Below are positions 25,080 through 36,040 of a DNA stretch of 64,000 nucleotides, one piece after another. The position numbers and the translations under genes are program-made. Under the pieces are notes generated by a model. That model saw nothing but the letters and a program-made list of their open reading frames with translations. It did not search any database and had not been told where the DNA came from. Every line of letters begins with the position of its first letter. The stretch's first letter is position 1. Source of the stretch: Octopus bimaculoides (lineage: Eukaryota); NCBI RefSeq assembly GCF_001194135.2, contig NC_068984.1, positions 82,219,949 through 82,283,948 on the forward strand. Direction: 5' to 3'.

Positions 25080-25334
25080 ACTCCCCTCACCCACTATACT
25101 AGCCCCTCTCTTCCCCATCTATTCCTGCAGCTTATTTAACATCACGGTATCTCCCATTCATCCTTCTCCTGTCTACTGCATCATAATTACTATTCTGCTG
25201 ATCTGCACTGTCAGTCATCTACTCACCCTTCACTCCTGGTCTTTTATTCCCACACATTCCTACCCATCTCCCATTCAGTAAACAATATATATATATATAT
25301 ACCGGCCATGACGAAGGGAAATAGCCCTGAAACT
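25080..25334 (+). mobile_element. Penelope-like element terminus with hammerhead-like motif
   Basis: Pyrimidine-rich UTR-like tract followed by ATGACGA-AGGG-aaatag-CCCT-GAAAC, then an N gap. Confidence 0.55.
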
Positions 25335-26169
25335 NNNNNNNNNNNNNNNNNNNNNNNNNNNNNNNNNNNNNNNNNNNNNNNNNNNNNNNNNNNNNNNNNN
25401 NNNNNNNNNNNNNNNNNNNNNNNNNNNNNNNNNNTTTTGTGTCCCGTTTCGATTGGAGCCTCCAGCTGTATGAAGATTTCACCCTCTCCTGTCAGAAAAT
25501 GGCTTCAGGAGTTGTGTAGAAAGAATTTGTACGTAGTCTGTTTGTGAGAGCTATTCTATTAGACATCTGCCTAATCATTAAAAGATTTATTTAATTATGA
25601 ACATAGAAAGAAATTATACATTAATCGCAATTTTTGTAAGCAGTTTTATCCGTAAAAATTTTATTTGCAGAGAGCAGAAATTGAAAGATATATGAAACGG
25701 ATGTGCGTGTGTGTGTATGTGTATGTGAGAGAGAAAGAGGGTAAGAAAGAGTGATAGAGTGAGTGAGTGAAGTTGTGTGTCATTAACTTACGTTGGCTGG
25801 CACGGCAAGTATGAAGCTTTTGATTTAGCAGGAGTTGATTTGTGTTTTATCTCTCGGTCAATGGTCGGACAAGTGAAAAGGAAAGGCAATTTTTTGAAGT
25901 GGCTGGCGAATGAAGAGACATGGACAGTTTTATGACTGAACTTTTTAAGTTGTGGTGAGAGGGGAGAGTTGATGTGCATGCATATGTCTGTGTGTGTGTG
26001 AGTGTGTATGTTTGATGGGGTGCGCGCCACAGGGAGAGTAATGTTGATGGTGTATATATATATGAGAGAGAGAGAGAAATAAATGAAATTTATCATTCCG
26101 TTTATTTATTTATTATATGTATATATGTATGAATGGCTTCAGTGACACACGCAGACACGCACACACACC

Positions 26170-26352
26170 GGTTGTTTTAATCGATTTTCTCTGTAAGTAT
26201 AGGGGCTAGGAAAAAATAGAAAGTGCATTCCAATCTATGCACCCGTCTCCACATGTGTGCCATTTTTCATGTGAATCCATCAAGCTGTTTGGTCGTGAGC
26301 CTCAAGACAAGAAAGAATACAACTGTCAGCAAACTTCAATTATATTATAGAT
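26170..26352 (+). mobile_element. 3' end of a Helentron/DINE-like element
   Basis: gtgtgccatttttcatgtgaatccatcaagctgtttggtcgtgag...ttcaattatattatagat. Confidence 0.5.
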
Positions 26353-26364
26353 ATATGTATATAT

Positions 26365-26610
26365 ATATGTTGTTTTCACTGTCGAATTTTTCCTGTCTTG
26401 GTTTACGTTTGCCACCTTGGAATCCTCTGTTTAGTGGGTCGATCCACTACTCAGGAAGAGACTATTCTAGAGTACGTTCTGCCTTATCTTCGAAACGTCT
26501 AGTTAGAATAGAGGCAGCTGATGAATAATTCCAAGTGGCTTTCTGTTTTCCTATGTGTTCGTTCCGTTGTCTGTAGTTCATGGTTCTAACGTCCTGTACC
26601 CTGATATGCA
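26365..26610 (+). mobile_element. Penelope-like element terminus with hammerhead-like motif
   Basis: ACTA-CTCAGGA-A-GAG...CTTC-GAAACGTC-TAGT. Confidence 0.5.
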
Positions 26611-27362
26611 TCTATATACACATGTAGATGTAAGTATATACATATATGTGTGTATACATGCATATATATTCTTTGTATTATATATATATATATATANNNN
26701 NNNNNNNNNNNNNNNNNNNNNNNNNNNNNNNNNNNNNNNNNNNNNNNNNNNNNNNNNNNNNNNNNNNNNNNNNNNNNNNNNNNNNNNNNNNNNNNNNNNN
26801 NNNNNNNNNNNNNNNNNNNNNNNNNNNNNNNNNNNNNNNNNNNNNNNNNNNNNNNNNNNNNNNNNNNNNNNNNNNNNNNNNNNNNNNNNNNNNNNNNNNN
26901 NNNNNNNNNNNNNNNNNNNNNNNNNNNNNNNNNNNNNNNNNNNNNNNNNNNNNNNNNNNNNNNNNNNNNNNNNNNNNNNNNNNNNNNNNNNNNNNNNNNN
27001 NNNNNNNNNNNNNNNNNNNNNNNNNNNNNNNNNNNNNNNNNNNNNNNNNNNNNNNNNNNNNNNNNNNNNNNNNNNNNNNNNNNNNNNNNNNNNNNNNNNN
27101 NNNNNNNNNNNNNNNNNNNNNNNNNNNNNNNNNNNNNNNNNNNNNNNNNNNNNNNNNNNNNNNNNNNNNNNNNNNNNNNNNNNNNNNNNNNNNNNNNNNN
27201 NNNNNNNNNNNNNNNNNNNNNNNNNNNNNNNNNNNNNNNNNNNNNNNNNNNNNNNNNNNNNNNNNNNNNNNNNNNNNNNNNNNNNNNNNNNNNNNNNNNN
27301 NNNNNNNNATATGTATATGACCATCCCCAAGTACAACAACATTATATATATATATATATATA

Positions 27363-27653
27363 CTCTTTTACTTGTTTCACTCATTTGACTGTGGCCATGT
27401 TGGAGCACCACCTTTTAATCGAGCAAATCAACCCCAGGACTTATTCTTTGTAAGCCTAGTACTTATTCTATCGGTATCTTTTTGCTGAACTGCTAAGTTA
27501 CAGGGACGTGAACACACCAACAACGGTTGTCAAGCGATGTTGTGGGGACAAACACAGACATACAAACATATACACATGCATACATATATATATGTATATA
27601 CACATATATGACGGGCTTCTTTCAATTTCCGTCTACCAAATCCACTCATAAGG
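27363..27653 (-). mobile_element. SINE family A copy, 5' part lost in an N gap
   Basis: Same body and tail as 14916-15272. Confidence 0.85.
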
Positions 27654-30600
27654 NNNNNNNNNNATATATATATATACATACTATAGATAAATAATATATA
27701 AACATATAATATGCATATATAACATATATATATGTAATATATGTATTATATATATATATAGGTGGCATGTATGTTCACTCTGAATGCTACTTCCAAAATC
27801 TGCATATATACAGATAGTATTGAGTTTACGTATGTACTATTGTGAGTACACAAGTGCACACATACACATGTATAAAAAATTAGTCTTTTTTTTTTTAGAG
27901 TTATCTACCTTGGTTACTAATTCCCACCCACTTTCAAATGTATATAGTAGAATTCAATTTTCATTCGTTATGAAATTTAAACAAAAGGGTGTAAGCTAGT
28001 TATTAATTAATATACCTGTGTGATGTGTATTATATATACTTCCATTTATATATTTGTATATAAATGCATCTATATATAATACACACTACAACTGCCTGTC
28101 CATCTTTTATTATTCTTTCATTAATTCAATCGCTACATTTCCTATAGCCAGTTCTTGCTTGCATGGATTCTATGTCTGTTCATTTGACGTTGGATTTTTG
28201 GTATTTGATCCAGTCTGATGCCTAATCTTCCTGTATCTATTATATGCCATTTGAGGCACTCTTACCATTACATGTGTGTGTGAACAGAAACACACACATA
28301 CACATTTAAGAACATTCAGGTAAGAGTTTTTGTCAGAGCATCCTGTTTTCTTTCTCCCTTACTGTTTCTTATTACTATCTCAATTTAATGTATATATGTC
28401 TAATGTGGAGGGAACAGCATTCATAGCCTTCTTAGGCCTCCAAGATTGGAAGTTCCAATACATTTAGATGAGGTTACTGTTTAGTGGCAACATATGGAGG
28501 TAAAATCTAAACAGATAAAAACTTCAGATTCAGGCAATTCTGAAGGGTAGCAATCATGATACTGTTTTGTATCAGTATCTTTTATGTTGGGGCTGAGGCG
28601 TGTTGGAGAAGTATAGGAGAAAGATATAGGCAATGTCTAATTGCAGCATGGTATATTGAGAGCTAGAAAGATCAAAGGAGAAAAGCCATTGTAATGTTAG
28701 AGAAAGAGACATTAGAAGAGTATAGTGTATAAGTGGGTTGGAAGATGGTAACTAAATTTTCAATGCTTCTGTGAATGTAATGCAGAATGGGGTGGGGAGA
28801 AGAAGGAGAGAGTAAGGGAGTTGTTTATTGGTTGAGAATAATATTTTTGAATATGAAGAAGAAATCCAACTGTTGTACTAACATTTTTAGTTATGTGAAA
28901 AATGAAGGTGTCTCAAGAATTTGTTTGAAGATTGTTAGGCATGTTAATATTAGCAGATATGTATCTTTTGGGGTACACACATACTGCTACATGAATGTGT
29001 GTGTGTGTGTGTGTGTGTACAATATATATATGTATGGTTGTAAAAGAAAAACTTGAAGTACCAATCAAATCTATATTATCAATATGTGTGTATATTTATA
29101 AAGCAATCTGGGTGACCATGTTGTATGAGCTACTTTAGGTTTTGTACTCAGCTTATTGAAAACCCTATTTATTTCTATACATTCATAAGAATTATGAAAA
29201 AATATTTTCAAAAACATCTCTCTTAATTTTTTTCAAACTATTTTCATGGTTCCTTGTAACATTTGTAGATATTGACCTGAATAGGCAATGATTTTCTGTC
29301 TTACCTACAGCTATCAGTACCATACTGCTATTAGTGGTTTTAGACCTCCATGCTAAGGTCTGAAGATTCATGTTTATTTTTTCTTTTGGTGGTGAGAGGA
29401 CTTACAGGCAGTGGTTTCCTGTTGGATTTTGCTGAGTTTTATAATTTACTCTGCTAGTCTCCTAGTTTACATTTAGGCAGATCCTCTGGTTCACATAACC
29501 TCAGGGCACATCCACTCACCAATGCACCAATGTGACACATGTCTAGAAACCAGCCCTTTTCCAAGTCCTGATATCTTAGCTATAGGATCATCTTCGATTT
29601 AACCCATAACTGGGTCCCTCGACAGGTGCTACCATCAGCTGGCCACAACAGACCTGGCAGTATGGGGCTAACTCCATACTTACCACAACTGATAAACTTT
29701 TGTACCGGAGCATCATCACTGGATACAGCTTAATGAAAATTTGGTTTCTCTTAGCCTAAAATAGTTAAATTTTTCACCTTTTACTGAAGATTTCCATGAA
29801 GTGAAATATTTTAAAGAGTCAATAAAACTTTGAAATAAAAAGGGTAGTGATTGTGAAATCTAAAACAGCCCTACCATACGTTCAATTGTATTGCCTTATA
29901 ATTACAAATACATTACTCTGCAGCTCTGTATTGAGTCTTACATATTTGTTGATATATTTTTCTATTATTTTCAAGTATTGTACTACACACACACACACAC
30001 ACACACACACATGCAGTGAACAAATGAAAGTAGCATACAACATATGTGGTTAGAGTTATAAGCATTTTTTAACAATTTGACTCCATTCTACCTCATAGTT
30101 TCATAGGTACAGATGTACATTTACATTTTCAGATGTATAGTGTCAGAGTTAGGAGAAATGCAAGTGGTTTCTAGATGAGAATATTTGGGGGCCTCCATTA
30201 GTCATTTCACATGAATAGTTTGATAGATAGCAATAGGAGATAACTTTATATATGCTTCCATGTGACTAGCGCAGCAGCTTAGTGGTATCAGATAGTCAGT
30301 GACATGTAAGGTTTGGCCTTTGGTTTTAAATTCATTAACAGTTCATTGACAGGGCATATATTTGATGACAACTATAAGGTCAGTTTTCTTGTTTCTAGAT
30401 ATTGTACATTGTTGTAGTATACATAGTTTTTCTTAGAGGCAGAACTGGTAATTATGAACACCAAGTGAGTAGTCCTACCAAGGATGTTCCACATGATTTG
30501 AGGAAGTTGTTTCCTGTCTCTGAGTCTCTAAACTTTAAAATGATGTGAGTGCCTGCTGTTGAATGCAGTTCTGTTTTCTTGATTAACAATGCAGTGAAAT

Positions 30601-32964
30601 TCTTTTCTTTCCAACTATATAATTCTTTCTTATTGATCATTGACTTACAATTGTTAGTTTCTTTCTAATGGGTCTAAGGTAACATTCAACCACTATTGAT
30701 TCAAAAGTTGACTGAATGCTCCTACTTGCAAAAATTAGCCTAGAGGCGAAAAAAGAGAGGTTATTATTTTTCTTTGTACATTCCTCAAGTTTTCCTGTTC
30801 TGTTTATTGAATGTTGCATTTTCTTAGTTTTCCTACACCCTGTATAATGTAACTTCCAGGCATTCTCTATTAATCTTTTGGTCTGTCATTAACAGAAATT
30901 CAGCTATTATTTCCTGATATGTTTTGTGTTAAAACTCTTAGCTCCATTCTAATTATTCTGTTGTAATGAATTCTGGAAATTCCTAATATTCACTGTAAAT
31001 TACAGAGCTGAACTCCTGTTTTTCCAACTATCATGATGTTATCTTTATAAGTTTGACAAAACAGCGACAGTTCTTGAATTCTGTAATTTATAAGTGACTT
31101 TATTTCAGTTCCATTTACAGTTTTAATGACACTTGAGTCTACATACATTTATGTACATTCTGCTTATCTAAATAGTTAAGTCAATGTTTTATCTTATACA
31201 GGATAAGGTGAATCCTATCATATTTAAGGTGAAAACTAAGTAAATTGAATCTTGCTTTTTAAGCATCTTTAATCCATAATAGCTGACTATTATGCATAAT
31301 GTCTAACTATAATCCTTCTGTATAACAAGTACTATTGGGTAGAGGAAAACACCCAGAAAACCAATTATATATATCTTCCACATTACTTGCATGACAAATA
31401 CTCTTGTGAAAATTATTAATTTTCCCTTTTTGAAAAGTCAATGTGCTTAGTCTTCAAGTGATAGGTAGCTCTGATCATGGAAGTAGCTACTGACTCTGTT
31501 CAGGTTATCTATATTAAAGACAAATTGTTAGGTGTCACATAAGTAAGGCCTCATTCAAATACTAATATAATGTTAAATGCCTTAATGATATTTAATTATC
31601 CATTATTTTTATTGTAATTATTTTCATTTTGTGTTTTTCTTCCATAATGTAATAGCAGTTAAAAATTTGCTCTCATACATCTCATAATGAATTACAGTCT
31701 TGTTTCTTTCTAAAAGATATCGTGCAAGGTAAAAAGCAGCATATTTCAGTTTTCATTGTTTGAAGAATAGTGATTTATTACCTTTACACATTTATAAAGA
31801 TTAAGATATATGGTATTTGTGGATGATGGCTTTCATTGATATGACAAAACCATTTTTATGATATTGAAAGTTTTGTTACCTTTAAATGAATGGGATTTAT
31901 TCATCAATTTCTAAGTACTATATTTTGTTAAATATTGAAATAAGCTATTAGCTGACAGTGTTAAAATGTCATTGTTCCATTTAAGTTACAAATAATCATC
32001 AGCAAACTAATGTATTGCATAAAAAATACAGTAGAATTGTGAAGGCAGTTATTTAAGCTACACAGCATGTTATTGATCCTGATTTTCATGACTGTTTTTC
32101 TTTTTTGTTAATGTAACTCAACTCAAACTATATGGTTTTGAGAAAACTTCATTATTGTTATCACTTCTTATTTCCAATTATTTCCAAAAACCCTTTTGCT
32201 GTGTAAACCATCAGCTTGAGCAGCTGCATGGGGTCTTAAATTGTTGTAAAGTAATAACTATATAGGTCTCGTTTTACAAGCAGCTCTTTCTATCTATTCT
32301 CTGAAATGTTGTCAAGAATGTAATGTAAATCTGTTGAGAGTTACAGTATTTAGATATTAACTTAAATATCAGATCCCAAATGGGATAATGTTAGTAACTT
32401 TCACCTCTCATAAGTAATCTTTATGTTCTTATCAAAGTATCCTCTTTTCATGTGTGTGTGTGATAGCAGATGTCCACTTGTGACTGAAGAAGGCCATCAG
32501 TGAACATTGCCCATTCAAAATGTCAGCAATGCCCATCCATGAAATTATTACAGTTGATTGGGTCCCTGCTCACCATGGCACCCTTCTACTTGACCAGGCA
32601 TTAGAAAGTCACCTTGTTGGCAATTGTGCAGCCTGAATTTTTAGGTCCAACAAAGCTTGAACAGCACTTCACAGATCCTCTCCATCCTATTGACTTGATC
32701 CAGAAACAAGCCAGGGCAAGATATCCAGTGCCAATATGTGTTACTGGCTCAAGAATGTCAAATTGCCATGATCTCAAGCACAAACAAAAGCTCCCTAAAA
32801 TGTTCTTTTTTTTATTATTATTTTGATTACTAGTGTGCATACTGCTCTAGCACATTAGTCATGAAGCTTACTTTCTCTGATAGCAATCCTGTAATTCCAC
32901 TATACCTGTTTTGCACCCATTTTTTTTTTTACAGTGTATGGAGTTTATACCTATTCCTTTTCTG

Positions 32965-33420
32965 TATATTAAGCAAAACTATCTCCATGAAGATACCAAG
33001 ACACTATCTTCTCTCCTGCTTGCTAAAACCTTAGTCTTTACTCAGTTTATCTTGAGGGATCTCACTTCTAGGTTTAACTTCCATGTCTGGAATTGTCTTC
33101 TCTAATATAGAGCAAAGGAGTTCTCATAGACAGCCAATCTTAAACTCCTCTGTGATGGCCTGTAGGGCTGTTGAATTGTAGAAGACTGAAGACTGAACTA
33201 CCCTCATGATAAATTCATCACTGAAATTGTTGACTCTCACTTCCCTTACTGCATCTTTGTACATAGCATGTACAGCATCACAAGCCATTCATCTTACTCC
33301 TAGTTTTCTAAGTGACCACCAAATTACTAAATTTGTGATACCTTGTCAAATGCCTTTTCCTAGTCAATAAATGTCAGCAATAGTGGTTTACTCTTATCAT
33401 AATATTTCTCCAGCATTTAT
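32965..33420 (-). mobile_element. RTE-clade LINE reverse transcriptase fragment
   Basis: MLEKYYDKSKPLLLTFID*EKAFDKV...WWSLRKLG...AMYKDA...ALQAITEEFKIGC...KTKVL. Confidence 0.8.
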
Positions 33421-35212
33421 TTAATATTGATTAATAAAGCTTAATCTGAAGTAAGACTAGGAATATCAGTAAATGACTAAAAATACTCTGGTACAAGGTT
33501 TTAATTTAAAATGTTGGCATTCACCACTAAAATCGGTTTTAGAAATTCAATAACAATAAACCTAATTTATTGCCAACTGTAACAGGAAATGTAATGACAT
33601 CATTTCCAAATATATTCTTTTAGTTTATTCCTTTCAATGTGTACAATCTTTGTTGAAGCAAGTTCATGTTTATGGAGTTTATTACAGTTTTGAATTTCAT
33701 GATGGACTAAATCTTTTAGAGAACAACATATCCTTATTTGAATAGCTGTTATTATTATATGTAGGTATCATTGATCCAGGTGTGTTTCTTGTTAAACTTG
33801 GTTTGTGACCTAATCTTAATTCCTAATTCACATCTTATTCATGCTTTTAATAAAGGTACAAATGTTCCAACATCCTTAGTGGACTCCTGTTATCTTTATC
33901 TCATCTTGCAATGAACCAATGAGAATGCTTCTACACTATCAGTCAACTTGCTAGAAATAGCTGCCAAATGTTTCTCAAATTACACCCAACTGTCCTTTTA
34001 GAAAAGAAAAAGGGAAGGACAAATTGGATGATTTAATCTGAAATAAACTATGTCTAAAAAAAAAAGGAATGGTCACAACTAGAATGCCTTTGATCATAAG
34101 TGCTCAGTTAAAGCTTACCTGAGGCTTATCATTGGCACAATTAACTTGTAGAAAAGTACTACTACTATAAACTTATATAGGAGAGGAAAAAAATTCTATA
34201 ATTTCTTGTTAGTAATTTTATAAATAAAACATCTACTGACAGTAGATTCTCTCAACTCATCAGATCAGGTTATGCTTTCCTTTATGCTTTCACTAACCCA
34301 AGTGTTGTTGCTATTCTTCTTGTCTTACATGTAGTTTAATGTGTCTGTCAGAATCCAATAGGATTTCTTTAAAATTAAAAAAAGCTTATTGTCAACAGCA
34401 GTGCTTATTTAAGCACATATTTTATTTTTTTATTTCTATTTGACTGAAGCTTCTTTTGTTGATGATTTAAGGACCAAAGATAAACTTGGTCAGGATGAGA
34501 TTTGAAGTTTAAATTGAAATTATTAAAAGTATAAATTGTTTGATTGATAATTTACTATTGTTGTATAACCCAAATCTCTGATCAAGCAGGCCTATGCCAA
34601 AGGCATTTCAGATCTGATCTTTTCATCTTTTTAGTGGTATGTGTCCTTATTTAAGATAAAAGGGTGTGATTTCAAAGAAATTTGGCTGCTATTTTTGGCT
34701 GTTCAAGCCACCTTGTAGACTGGTGGTTCTCAACCTTTTGTAGCTAAACACCTCTTTCAATAAATGTCATTTTACAAATTACCCTTCCAGTGTTTTAAAA
34801 AAAATCTATAAATGATTTTTATAATACAGAAGCTAATTTCACACCCTGGAGCCTCCTTGACATTTACTGCTTCCATGAAAGAGGTACAACTTCCCAGTTT
34901 AATAATGGTTGAAACAGAGGCTCCATTGTTGGCTCATTTTTAGTAAGTTGTGATGTATGGATAGCATGTTTCTACTGTACAGTTTTACTATTCCTCTAAT
35001 ACCCCTTGTCCAGTATAATGTTATTCTCACTTTCAGTCCATGAAACTTTTTACTTAAGAAGTATTGTTCTATACCAACTTTAGTGGCCTAACAATCTATA
35101 TAATAATTTAACAAAGGTAATTTAAACTTTTGGAATGGGATAATTTTGATGTTCGTTGGTTCCTCTTTAAATATAAAAATGCAATTTCAGTATGTATTTG
35201 TGTTCCTTTGTA

Positions 35213-36040
35213 CAAGGTGTATTCCAGAAGTTTTCAGACTTTTTCAGGAGAGACATTTATAAATTTCAAAACAGTACAAAGCACTAATCTCCTTTGAAGT
35301 AGAATCCTCTGATTTCAATGCACTTGTAGTATTCTAGCCATTTCATGAAGGTCTCCATGAAAGTCCTCCAAAGTGAAGGTGTCCAGGACCCTTGTCACTG
35401 CCTCCTCCTTCTTCAAAATGACTTCCTCTGAGGTTCTCCTTCATCTTGGGGAATAGTGAAAAGTAACAGGGAGTAAGTCTGAATTGCATGGAGGGAAGAG
35501 GACAGTTTTGATGCCCATCTCTATCAAACAGTTGGTTACCAGGATTCTTGTCACTGAGCACCATGGCAATAAACTTTGGACATGTTCAGATCTTTATGAA
35601 TTATTCTGTGTACAGACTCCACACTAATTTTCTCAATCAGCATCAATGTCAACAACCCTCTCCCTCCCACACTTCTCTTCATCTCTCACCATCTCTCTCC
35701 CATTCTTGAATCTCTTGTGCCAGTAAAAAAGTTAACCCATAAGCAGTCTGGAGTATTTCTTAAGCTTTCCCAGTTTAACATAAAACTTTATTGCATAGCA
35801 AGCTTCTAAATTGTCTTCACATACTGACTGCATTCTGCAAACTAGTCAGCTATGGCAAACAGTGTTTAGTAGGGTGTATTCAAAGTACTGTTACAACTGT
35901 CTATTTCAATCTAGAATAACAAAAGTTAACAGGTCAGCTTATTAAATGTATAGTAATTATATGCTAAAATTACAATACTCTAGAACAGTTATAACCCCCT
36001 CTCCTAAAAGTGTCTCAAAACTCCTGGAATGAACCTCACA
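35213..36040 (-). mobile_element. Internally deleted mariner (Tc1/mariner) element
   Basis: Imperfect TIRs (caaggtgtattccagaagttttcagac versus the reverse complement gaggttcattccaggagttttgagac) with TA next to both ends. The minus strand at 35290-35560 encodes PCYFSLFPKMKENLRGSHFEE...EDFHG...KWLEY...KCIEIRG, a mariner C-terminus. Confidence 0.85.

Noticed and set aside
26517-26535. Canonical CTGATGA just downstream of GAAACGTC (type II hammerhead permutation)
   Set aside because: The required stem I and stem II pairings are absent.
28148-28319. Possible 5' UTR exon (tttcctatag ... CAG|GTAAGA)
   Set aside because: The splice signals are plausible but such pairs are common by chance in 40 kb, and there is no other support.
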